This document shows positions 24,670 through 37,000 of a stretch of DNA of 64,000 nt, in pieces. The position numbers and the translations under genes are program-made. Every line of letters begins with the position of its first letter. The first letter of the stretch is position 1. This DNA comes from Enoplolaimus lenunculus (lineage: Eukaryota), in the NCBI GenBank assembly GCA_030248215.1, contig JASANG010003752.1, positions 1 to 64,000 of the forward strand. The letters run 5' to 3'. The notes beneath the pieces were generated by a model. It saw only the letters and a program-made list of their open reading frames with translations. It did no database searches and was not told where the DNA came from.

Positions 24670-25320
24670 GATGATCCTATACGTCGTGGCTCACCAGGTA
24701 GAGTCGGACAAAAATACCACAAAATCGACCACCAGTTCCGGCAAAATTTTGTCAGAGATTTTGGCGATTTGGCGTACTTATTATAAATTAAGTTGTACGT
24801 TTACAACAGTTGCTTAATTTAATGACTTTGGCTTCGAATAACGGACAATTTTTAATATTGAACGGGCACATTGGTTCACTTAAAACAGTAAGAACATTCG
24901 GAGCTATTGTTATCCATCAACCGTCTATCAACAATATTTGGCTCGCAAAAAATTCTGTTTCAAACAACTGTAACAAAAATAAAACAAGCAACATAAAGTT
25001 TATTTAGTACTTTTATATTAACATAAATATTAATTTGTCGCTTACAATACAAACCACAATAATTGTTTATTATTGCGTTAATAGTTCAAAATAATCCTAT
25101 TTGCATCACCGAATGTGGACGTTGTAACTAGCTAATACTCTTCTTTGTCTCAACAATTTCTCTATTTTCCAAAATATATATTCTATTGGTTTCAGTATTT
25201 CAATTCTATAGATTTCAAACAAAATTTTATACACAAATTTACGCTAAAATTATCGTAAATAAAATAAATGACACAAGATCTAAACAAACATGATGTTTGG
25301 AGCGAAAACGAGCGTTGCCG

Positions 25321-28300
25321 TCAACCAGTTTTCTTCGACGCAGATTCAGCCGTAACTGCTCGTATTACGCGTAAATTCAACGGAATATTCGGCCACATTG
25401 GTGGATTGAGTACGTCTAAACGTGAGTCGAATTTCATTTGAATACGCGTTTCGATGGCTTTGATTTGTCCTGCTTTGTGGCCATACTTTCGTTTGTAATC
25501 GCCGCCGTTTCGACAACTTGATGAATCGTTCAAATCCGGCATGGCAATCGACGTTTTCAGCTGAGTATTTACACCGACTAAAACACAAAATGTGTTTAAA
25601 TGAAATGATGCAAGGTCCGTATTACTTTAGGACCGACAGTTCTTTCGCACCAGTGCAACGTACTAGGATTATAATTTAGATTATGTTCGCTTAGGCTTAG
25701 GATTAAAACTGATTTTTATGCTAGAAATAAGCTTAATCTTAGGGTGGCGCTATACTCGTCGTGCGTCACCCATACAGCGACGTCCGTCACCGTGCGTTGT
25801 CGTACGCAAATTACACACGAATGATACCGTATTGTGACGGATGGTGACGGACGATGCCGGACGGGTGACGGACGATGCCGAACGGGTGACGCACGATGCC
25901 GGACGGGTGACGCACGATGCCGGACGGGTGACGCACGATGCCGGACGGGTGACGGACGATGCCGGATGGGTGACGGACAGCGCCAGACGTCAACAAATGT
26001 ATAGCACAACCGTTACGACGGCGCTAAAAGTAACATTGGCCTGATGCAATTTCCACACGTAGTACGTTGTGTCAGTTAAACAAACGCGTGTAGAGTATTA
26101 AATTGACGCTGACTTTGCCCTTTAAACTATGGAAACCAATCCAGTTTAACTTTTAAACACCATAATTATCAGCCAACGTTCTGTGATACGTACGTGTCGG
26201 GCCGGTTCGGTCGGACTATGCAGCTGGCTTGAAGCGTCCGAACCGCAGCATTGAGCGGATTGGACACTCGGTATCTTTCGAACCGGTCTGCTCCACATCG
26301 TAACCCCCAAGTTAAAAGAGACATCCCGCGAGCAAATGGGGACATTCGATCCACGCTTTTATTAACATCGTCACCAACTGCAGTAGACTTCAAGATGTGT
26401 CAAACAACATAACATAACATAAACATATACAACCTACCGCCTACTCGATATGTCCCAAGTAATGGCACTGATGATCCCAACTGGTTCCGGCCCCGAGGCA
26501 ACTCTAATACCTACCTTCAGCAAGACTAATATACTCGTCTGTGGCACACGAAAACCATACAGATTCACCATTGCCGTCTTCCTGAGACTCTAACGCGCGT
26601 TTAATATCTCCTTAAAAACTAAACAACATTTATATATCAAACAAAATATCAACGTAACAACCCAAAATAAAACATTAACGCTAACACAACGTACACACCG
26701 TTGGAAAAGCTTCAGACTAACCTCATTGGGCGTAGCCAGAATTTTCGAAGGGCAGGCAGGGTTTAATGGAACTTTGTCCCGTAAAACCATCCGCCTGGCT
26801 ACGACCTTGGACAAACTTACTGCGAACTTTAAACAAATGAACCAAAACTGTCCAGCCGGTTTTGCGCAATGCGCAAAAGTTACCGAGTGCACAAACATCT
26901 TCACCCAGATATTGTTTTCACAGAACATTTAAGCACAGTGCAAGAATTATTCTAATATTCCGACCAACGAGACAATTTCACTGGGCCATGCTAATTATAG
27001 TAGTATGCATACAAAAAGCGTAAGTCCCAACCTAATCTTAAACATAAACACAAGTCTAATCGCTAATCCTCAATTTAACCGCCCAGTCGCCAACTCTGCT
27101 TATCTCTCTGTTGAGTGACGTCTATAACAGAAACGTTGGCCATTTCAAACATCATTGAAACTGACAAAATTTTAAATTAAAAAAAAAATTGAGAAAACTC
27201 AACTCACTTTCTTGTCGATGTTTTAGTGTTTGAGCAAAAAACTCCAACAGCTCTGAATCAAAATTTTCACCGCTACGCTCGATTTCAATTTGGGAACATT
27301 CGTTGTGGTTTGTCATCTTCGAGCCGCGGTGCATTTTTCTACGTCTTGTATTTACACAAATACGCTGAAACAACAATTTTATAATTACAACGACACGAAT
27401 CACGATGTATGAACTGGTGATTCGATACTAGCGGAGGAGGCTCCAGTCGAACAAAGACCCCCAAATCGGATTTCGCTCGTTAAACTCCTGCCCCGCGACT
27501 TGAGATATTGGCTCCGGTTGATTATTTTGAGCTTCAAAATTTTAACTTCTTTGAACATCAAACGCGCTTCTTGCATTATTTTTCAGTTATAATGTAACAG
27601 ATAAAAGTTGTGAATTGTTTACATGTTTTATACGAGCGATCAGGCATGGTTAAGTGCCATTTTCGTTAAAACAGTAATTTTCTCAGTAAAAATTACCCCA
27701 CTCAAGTTTTTCTGCTCAGTTGCCAACCGGGATCCCTACGTTTTCACCACCCTCCGTCCTGACCAAGCGAATGCATAGATGGATTGTTGAAGTAATACAT
27801 CACACGTCTGTGCGTTTAGTATTAACCCCTTCTCACATTGAGTTACCTGCAGGCAACTCAGCGCAGTGTATATACGTCAAATAATATATATCGCACCGTG
27901 TTTCGTGAGCCCCCTCGGGCTCGAGCGTCAAGCTCCTATAGCTGAGTGGTGATGGTATACGCCTCCCACTCCAGTCACTGGAGTTCGAATCCTAGCATAA
28001 AAGTAGGGCTCAGGGGAAATAGAAAATATTCATGTGAGAAAGGGTTAATGTTTCGAATATATTAAATATATTTCTTAAGTTGTAACTTTTTAAATTATTG
28101 CCGTACTATGCAGAGCCACTCATCAAAACTTCACTACGGTTACGGTAGAGCCCGAACCGACGATGCAGCGGTTGACGAACCGCTGCTATTAAAGCCGCTG
28201 AGCTACGCAGTCATGCCAACTTTCCGCAACAATGGCTCCATATACCGTGAGTTTGGTATTAGTACAAGCAGATATACGTTACAATATTTAGTATAAAGTT

Positions 28301-28795
28301 AAATTTTTTGGCAGAGCGGGCCAAAGCCCAACACCACTGTTCCGCACTTGAAGTCAAACTCAAATAACGATGCTGATTTACCGAGCCCATTGTTACGAAA
28401 AGAAGCAAGCATTGTATCAAAAGCTTTCGCGATAATGCACGATTATACTTAGAAATGTACCTACTTTCAAAATTTAAGTATGCTTTAAAGTTCCAAACTG
28501 AACTGTATTCTGTACTGGAGTCATTTATGCACAATTAGGGATAATTGGGATTTATTGGCTCTAATTAGGGTTTACGGACTCTTATTAGGAATTTTGGTAC
28601 CCCTCTTATTACGATCACTACAGTAGTTCCGCTCTACACGTTGCACTACAATAAACACACACATACCGAGTCAGAAGTGGGCTTTCGTCCGCAATGAAGT
28701 TTATAAGCTTCGTTATGCCTTTGAATCCAGTTGACACCAAAATTATAGCAGCTCCAAAAACGCTTGAAACGAGGATCACTCTGCGACTGATACAT
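25321..28795 (-). CDS. GEMIN8: Gem-associated protein 8 (SMN complex)
   Basis: Exons 28795-28667 (DPRFKRFW..WIQRH), 27364-27208 (ELLEFFAQTLKHR), 26610-26515 and 25577-25321 (YG..A.QI.AIETRIQMKFD..P.MWPNIPL). Phases 0, 1, 1 fit. Confidence 0.88.
25614..26041. mobile_element. GGCC-type TIR element with a 21-bp minisatellite and TTAGGC motifs
   Basis: GGTCCGTATTACTTT..AAAGTAACATTGGCC with perfect TSD TGATGCAA. About 6 copies of GTGACGSACGATGCCGGACGG at ~25844-25978. Confidence 0.85.
27826..28044. mobile_element. piggyBac-like MITE
   Basis: TTAA on both flanks; TIR CCCCTTCTCACAT..ATGTGAGAAAGGG. A related single end sits at ~20919. Confidence 0.8.
27931..28004 (+). promoter_or_regulatory. tRNA-derived (SINE-head-like) Pol III internal promoter
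   Basis: A box TAGCTGAGTGG (27939) and B box GGAGTTCGAATCC (27980). CGCCTCCCAC resembles the tRNA-Gly anticodon arm, but the cloverleaf stems are broken. Confidence 0.7.
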
Positions 28796-29350
28796 TTCTA
28801 TTTCAGTAAGCGGTTGCAATATTTGCAACACAAACGTCAGAAAATCACTATTTCGGTTAATATCAGAGTATAAACGAAAAAAATAACGGAAATGGATATT
28901 GAAGCATAAAAGTTTTGAAGATGTTTTATTTTTCCGCCAACACATTCACTAAGAATTATGCTTAATTTTTAAGAGTATGAATGAATTTCGTAATTTTTAT
29001 TTCATTTCGAACACTTGGGAAATATTTTTAATGAAATATTTTGATATATGCGAGATTTATAACTAATTTTGAGACAATAAATTACAGAATTTCGGTTATT
29101 CCTATAACGGAAACGGACACCGATTTTCATCGAAAACGGGCTCAAAAGACCTCTTCAAATCATTTTACAACGAAACCCAAGTACAGATCTTTTGAAAAAT
29201 CCAATTTCAAGGTTATTTTTTTCTCCACACACAAAATAAACTGTCTTGTATTCAAGAAATATTGTCTGAAATTTAAGACAATTGTCTTGATACAGGCTTC
29301 AGACATATATGTCTTGAATTAGACCTTTATTTCTTAAATTTTTCTATATA

Positions 29351-29561
29351 CAATGCAAAAATGGTGAGTCAAATTAACTTCCTCGGAAATAGGCTCTACG
29401 AGACTACACAAACTGAGTCAAATTCGAAGCCGCCAAAGCCAAACCTGCGACTATAAGCGAGTCGAATCTGACTCTGGCGAATTTGACTCAGTTTGCATAC
29501 TGAGTCCCGTAGAGCCGCCTATTTCGGAGAGTCAATTTGACTCACCATTTTTTACATCGTG
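29351..29561. mobile_element. Palindromic MITE family G
   Basis: Long internal IRs (TGAGTCAAATT); homologous to 30552-30751. Confidence 0.75.
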
Positions 29562-30551
29562 AAATAAATTTTTTTGAAAGATTGTGGCTATATAAATAAG
29601 AATATTCTTAAAACGCTCAAAACAATTTAAACATGTTTTGTGTCACTTGCTTTACAAAATGCATGCCATACCATATATATTGTAATATAATACAAAAATA
29701 TGAACGAAATACAGCAATATTCCAAAAATCAGGAATACATAATTATGACAAATATTCACAGCTATGACCCATGTTAAACCAGGGCACAACAGAAGTGAAA
29801 AAACAGAGCCAGAAAGAAAACGAATTCTGCCTTATTCGAAGAAGCAAAATTAGATAATAAAATAGTGCATTTTTGCCAATTTTAATATTCTACAAAAGGT
29901 TTTAAAATAGGTGTGTCAAGTAAACTTTTATTTGGAAAATGTCGGCAATACAACTTTCAAAACTGTCCCATCAGTACTAAGCAATCTGGTGGAATGACAC
30001 AACTTTTATAAAAACTCGAAAATTTACAAAACCGACATTGCCGAATCCTCTGGCAAAAATTTCGCCAAACCCAGAGTTCCATTTTTGGCTGCCGGAGCCG
30101 AAAACAAACCTTAGGTTCACGCCCTGATGTTAACTATATAAATAAGCCTATTCACTATACCAAGATTCCAATCCAATGTCTAAGTCCATCGGTCTTAACC
30201 AGTGGACATGCCTCTATATAATTAACATGGGCCAAAACGATAAACATTAAACAACGAACATTTTACGAAACGGAAAGAACTCAGAGGACCATGAGTATAT
30301 CACTCAAACACTCAAATTTCGGCGTTTTAAATCTCCAAAGAATCAGTAACGGTCAAATTTCATTTAGTATCCAGGTTAAAATATTTACGCTACACTCTAA
30401 ACGGTCATCAAACTTTTCAATCGAACAACAAACAGGTCAGAAACCTTTTTGTGAATCTAAGCCTATCCTAAACGAACGTCAAATGCCTCAACATTGTTAG
30501 GGGCCAGTTTTATACCACGGATGTTAAAAACGATGATGCTCCAGGCACTTA

Positions 30552-30751
30552 CACTGCAAAAACTGATGAGTCAAATTGACTCTCTTCGAAATAGGCTTTT
30601 CATGACTACACAAAATGATTCAAAATTCGACTCCGCCAGAGTCAAATGCGATTCACTGAATCGCTCAATGAGTCGAATTTGATTCAGTGTGTGTAGTCAG
30701 GAAAAACCCATTTCGGAGAAAGTCAAAATTGACTCACAATTTTTCACAGTG
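30552..30751. mobile_element. Palindromic MITE family G (CACTG ends, CACTA/EnSpm-like)
   Basis: CACTG..CAGTG termini flanked by TA; repeated TGAGTC subterminal motifs. Confidence 0.75.
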
Positions 30752-31007
30752 TACGATCAAAGTTTCAAATATGAATATATAACACACAGTACTTATTTAG
30801 TCGGCCGGCCGCAGTAAATTCGATAGGAACGTTAAAGCTCTCTTCTCTCATTACAGTTTATACTACGCCTAGGCCTACGCATAGCCATGTTCGAAGTACA
30901 GTACAAGCGTGAACAAGACGAATTTTGTCCTGACCGGTGACAGTAAACACAAGTCCCCCCACAAACGATTTTATGCTTCATTCATTTCCAGTTCAAGTTT
31001 GTCTCTG

Positions 31008-34000
31008 CTACGCAATCGGATCCAATGGACGATTGAACCCGCCACGGCGATTCATATATTGTCTGAAATTAAATCAAGAACATACAACAAAAAAGACGCC
31101 AAAAATAGACAAACTTTAGGCTTACGAACAATAGAAACAGTAATGCACAGGGGGGGGGGCTGGTGCCAACGATAAAACTAGCATTAATGTGGGAATAAAG
31201 TAAACAACTACTAAATCCATACGTAGTCTACTTGTTCTAAAAAAGTGTTGTGAACGGTGTGTTATACCCACAATATAATAACAAAATTAGGTATACGGTA
31301 TCATTAGAATTCACATACGTCATATACGAAATTACATCAAATGACGGAACAAACCAATGTATTAATAAAACACAGTGAATAACACCAAGCTAACGAAGTA
31401 AATACCAACATACTTACACACACAATATATATGTATATAAATATATATGTATGTATTTAAATACACCGCGAAGAACCAATATAAAATCAGTATGAACAAT
31501 TGCATGCAAGCGACCAAAAACATCAACACCTTATCGCGAGCTAACGACGATACGAACGCTAAAGCGCTGTGGTGCGCATGGCTGCAAGTAACTAAGATTA
31601 CTGGCCCAGTTTGTAGTTAACCCCGTGTCACATCAGTAATGTTGACCGCTACATACCTTATTTTAAAATCTTGCACGAGCGAAGCGAAACTATCAGAATT
31701 CCAATAAAAACTCAATTTTAGCACATGAATATTCAAATGCAATTATTGCCGGAACAGTGGATATTTGAAATAATTTTCATCGCTTTTTTTATTAATCGAA
31801 AATGTTTCAAATCAACATTTTTTAGCGTTTAAATGACTCTAAAAACCTATTTTTTACCAACACCGTAAAAATTCGGGTCCCTGCGTTCTCCGGACCGGAA
31901 TAAAGAACAAGAACACAATTTTTGGACGAATTCCGGCCGGAACAGGAATCGCAATTCAACTCCGGTACGTAACTATCAATGGTAGCTGAACGTACATTAC
32001 AAACAGCCAATACGCGCTGCACACATTCAATAATACAACTTCAATGATTCACCTATGTATCCACAACGAGTGATACACAGTTACATAACATACGTCGAAA
32101 CATACAGCGGCTGGGTATTTAAAATATTACTTACGTACGTATTTACTTAAGTTATACGTACTTTAGTAATTACCTACGTAGCCGACTTAGGTAAATACTT
32201 AACTTTTCGAACAAAAACAAATAAACGCCAAATGTAAGCCATTGTCACGACAAAAATGTATGTTTCACTTTATATTAAAGAGGCACCACAAGTCTACAAA
32301 TTCAGTTGGACAAAGGTTGTATTCCTGAGCTGTTAATCTATAATATATCAAATTTATTCAGCGACTTATATTTACTCTCACTGAAGTAAGCTTTCAAAAA
32401 CGACAAAATGATTAAGTAATTACTTAGCACGTACTTTAGTGCTAAATGGTACTTAAGTAAGGTTTCAGGAACCCAGCCAATATTGCTTAAAAGCATTACC
32501 GCTTTGAAGAAATAGGTTTTTAATGTACAATTTCATATAAAATACTTCATTGCATAAAGTAACAAGTGCTCTCCTCCGGTCGTTAGCTGTCACCAAAAAG
32601 CTTATTTTGCAGATTCTAATCTGATGCAGCATCGTCATATTACCGAGACCTTTCACACTAAACTCTTGCCACAGTTTCGCTCAAACACACGGCGAACAGG
32701 TTACCATTCCGCTGGTCAAACCGCTGAGCTACACACCAAACATTTCGCTACAACGGCTCTATACACCGGCATATACAACAGATGCCACCATAGCCTTTTG
32801 CCCTCAAGAATGACCAAAACCAAAATTTTGTATTTAGTACTGACCGAAATTGTGTTTGGTTTCTGGATCGCGAGGTTGCTTCAAACAGTTCCCGTCCGCA
32901 TATTTTTGGATACGGCAATGGCTCTAAATACATATAAGTTTGGTACTACAAATTGATACGTAAACAACCACGTCGTGAGGTCTGTCTTAATCAATTGTAA
33001 TGGTATCACATTCGGATGCCCACGACTGCAGATACAAGTTTTGCTGTTCGTACCATTCACGATGTGTATTCAGAGGTAAAAACAGACAATCAGTACCTCT
33101 TTCATGGGGTTTCCCAGCCTCGTGAACATCTTCGTTATCCGACGCAATTTCAATATCCGAGTCTCTATCACTACTTTCCCCCAAAGTTTTTTCGGCGTCA
33201 GGTACCTCTTCTGCCCTCAGAGACAAATCACCAGCGTCTGTGTCAGACTCAAAGCTCCCAGGACCTACGCTGTCCCCACTGCCTCCCAACAAACCACCTC
33301 CAACAATTTTCCCACCGTCGCCAGTAACAATCCTGCCCCTACATCCCTTACCTCTCACTCTTCTCTCACCGCCATCCCTGTGTCTGCCGGTAGCCTCCGC
33401 ATTACATCGCACGAACATTACCGGAACACACTGATCTGACCCTGTCGAACCTGAAGACTTTCCACCATCACCATGATGTGACAAACAATCATAATACTGA
33501 ACATGAAATGCAGCTTCCACCAGCGCATGCTCTGCCTCGCGGTACCAGCTGCGATTCGGCCGTGACATAATTTCGACACAATTTGGCAGCAACCGAGTTT
33601 GCTCAAGCAATTCGGCGAACGCTTCAATACAATCGTCAGTGGTCACCGTCACCGAATATGGAGTTATCGCGTGAATTATCCCTAGTACTAAATCAATCAA
33701 CAAACAGTCGGTAGTGCAATAGTCTAGTAGTTCTGATGTCGAAAGGGGGCGATAGCTAATATCAATCGGAACTGGTCGTCGCCCCCGGGACGCCTTTGCT
33801 TGTCTCTTCCCATTCGCACATTTTTCACTGACGTAATCCGCGTACAAATGCTTTCGTCGCTTATCGTTATTGTCAATGAAGCTTACAACACTACCACCAC
33901 CTCCCGAGGCCCCAATTTTTCCAGGCGCTGTGTTCCCCCCTGCGGCGTGAGCATTCGACCCATTCTCAGCCTGGTGTCCCCCACAAGTCTTTCCGCCGAT

Positions 34001-37000
34001 ATTATCGTAGTGTCTCACCTGTTCATACACCGTCTCTCCCCATGGCGTTAAAAAGGTATAATACGAAATACCAATTGCTGGCTTAGCAAGGCCGTACCAA
34101 AAATGCTCTGCATTAGCAGTTAAATTATCTGCGTTCGGGATGCGAATACCTGCTTGTCGCCCTAGTGCTGTGGTAGCGACTCGCCGGGCAACTCGTCGCT
34201 TCAACTCTTGAACATCAGCCCACGTTGCGCTGGTCAATACTGGAAGCGCAGACAGTTTAGCAACATGATTGAGCATTAACAAGTCACATTTACAATCCCA
34301 AAATAATTTCAAATGTTGAGTCGATGCCAAAAATTCAAACAACGCCGTGGGAAACACAAATTCAAGCGCCATTAAGTCCACAATCAAGCAAAACCCTTCC
34401 AAGTTTGATATGGAAACGTACCGCGCTAGTGCCGACCCGTTCAGAAACCCGTTGGCTTTCAAGTTGTGCGCAGACATTACCCGATCACAAAAGTACGCTG
34501 CAACACGCGGATACTGACTGCGAATTCTAAAGAAGCTCTTCGAATATAATGGATTTGGTTTTATTGTTTTTCCTGCTGTTTTTGTTGTTGTCGTTGTTGT
34601 TGTTGTCGTCGTTGTTGCAGCTACTGTCACCGCACATGACAGTTCTTTTATGTCACCAGTGATTCTCACCTGTGTCGAACTACTGCCCTCCGCGTTTCTA
34701 CTAGCATTAGTAGAACTAGAAGTTTCACTCAAATCCGCCATCACTAACCCGTTGTCATCAAAATCCGTCCCTTCAGTGTCTGGATCATATATGAGCAACT
34801 CGTCGTTCGTTTCATCTTCAAAATTATCGTCATCAACCATTGATGGTACAATACTCTCACTGGTAGCCTCTCCAACCCCTTCGTGAGCATTGTTTTTTGC
34901 TTTTGTCCCACTCGACCTACTGCAATCACCAACAGCGTTTTTAATACAACTATCAGTACCGCAATCATCACCACTTCTTCCACTAACCTCTTCGCTCGCG
35001 TCAGATGCGTAGCCATTCCCTGATTTCAGACCGGTTTCAGCTCGATTACTACTGCGACTACCGGTCGCCTCCGTCGCATCATAATCCGACTGTAGTGTCA
35101 TAGCCTCTTCACGTTCGACAGGCTCGTTACCAACGTTGTTACTCAAGCCACGAGACTGCCGACAACAGCTCTCTTCTAAGCCAGCATAACGTTTGTCTGT
35201 TTCTATGTCGACAGGATTCGTCGACTCTTGAGATGACTGTTGCTGTTGCTCTTTTTGTTGCTGTTGTTCTTTTTGTTGTTGAGTCATCTCATCGCCAACA
35301 ACACCGTCGATACTATCATCATTACGATATTCATTGCTTCCAACAGCAGTCGCACCAGTGGTATGCGCCAAACGCTTCATCGCTTCGCCAATCGAACAAC
35401 GACACTGAAGCGACTGGCGAATAACTTCGCCAGGCAACGCGCAACCCTCGACGTCGACACCAAACGCGTTAAGCGAAGATCGTTCAAGCGTCGCGAGACC
35501 AAGTGCGACTGCTCGTTCGTTTTGCGCGACAAATACAACACGAGCGCGTCCAGCGCAACGCGATCCAATCAGAACGCGACGCGTCAGATCGAGCCAATCG
35601 CGTCGTTTTTGGCCGCCGTCGACGTCGATTGCGCCACCAGCAGCTGGCATTGTAAACGGCCTGGAGCAACAACAACAGCAACAAGTGAGCGGAGCGAGTA
35701 GGTTCAATTTCTGACGGAATCATTGTCAAATTACAGACTACAATAATGAACTTTCATCATGGGCAGTTATATGTCAAAACCCAGAAGAGCATATCTCAAT
35801 ATCAACATTTGCGCTCTGTAGATCATAGAGTTTTTAGGCAACTCAGCCATGCCAAATCTGATACGTAACAGGGTTCAAGCGGATACCAAAAAACGCCGCA
35901 ACCGTATATTTAAGAACGTATTTCAACAACAAGTTTTAAAATTAATCACACTACTTTAGTACTACATACTTAATATGGTATGTCACAATTTTATTTTTAC
36001 AAGGTTCTCAGTATTAAATGGACTTCTTGGAATGTTTATTTTTGTCATTTCGAACCTAAATCGCAGCCAAATATTGCAATCCGGCAGTGTAGAATACTGG
36101 AGCCGGATTTCGATTTTTTTCGGAGCCACTTATCTGTTTGGACCCTATTACATATGGCACATTAACTAGAAATTTTGCGAAAATATAAACGAATCAGCCG
36201 AGCAGGGATAAGCGTGCGCCTGGTATTTTATTTCGATGAACACCTTTGACGGTCCACAATTATGGCCGAAAAGGATTATCTTACCGTGTTTTTATAAAAC
36301 GTTACATAAATGAGGGCTATACTTTGTACGATCGCTCTTCTAGACAAGAGTATGCAACTAGATACATTCAGCGTAGGAACGAATGCACCCAACAGAACTT
36401 TCTCCAGTTATATTTAAATTTTAAAATAAATAAAATATGAATTTTGACTATTATTTTCCATGTCTTGAATTTGACTTCGACCACCCTCGAAAATCTAGGG
36501 TCTGGCATAAACGCACCGCATGCTGGTACATTTTGTACCAAGCCAAACCAATCTAGTCGCATGTTTTTTCTAAGAGTGATCAGCCATGGTTCTGAATATG
36601 CTTTAGAATTTGCGCGCATATTCATTTAATCCTACGCTGAAAAACAAAATAAACGAAGTAATGAATCGCGTTACAACAGACATTTTTAAAAATACAGATG
36701 ACCTGTACGAACATATTAACAACACTATTTATGTAAACAAGAAATATACACAAAATTTAAATTTAGCGTCCAGTAAGCTAAATCAAGGATATTGCGATAC
36801 AATAGTGGCAAAATGATTTCGTACTAATGCGGGATCCAAGCAAAATATTTTCCACCCGATCTTCACAGATCAAATATTTTACCCGCCAGTATAATATACT
36901 CTCGTCTCGTCTGAAATTCTCTTTACGCGTCTGGCAGCACCTTAATTTTACGTTCCTTATATTTTTGCAAAGAAACATCATCGGTATGAATTAAACATAC

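Noticed and set aside
25689..25704. CCTAAGCCTAAG as a telomerase RNA template in a GEMIN8 intron
   Set aside because: It lies inside a TSD-flanked MITE and 3' of the structured island; the same motif occurs in many MITE copies.
26469..26555. Hammerhead ribozyme (CTGATGA..GAAA)
   Set aside because: No stem II closing onto GAAA, and the GAAA part is the antisense of a GEMIN8 coding exon.
27931..28004. Functional tRNA gene
   Set aside because: Acceptor and anticodon stems do not pair; only the A and B boxes are preserved.
28164..28175. CxxU selenoprotein motif (TGC AGC GGT TGA)
   Set aside because: In-frame TAG shortly upstream, no thioredoxin-like context, no SECIS seen.
33016..35701. + strand ORFs over the exonuclease
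   Set aside because: Antisense shadows of a long GC-richer coding frame, with no motifs.
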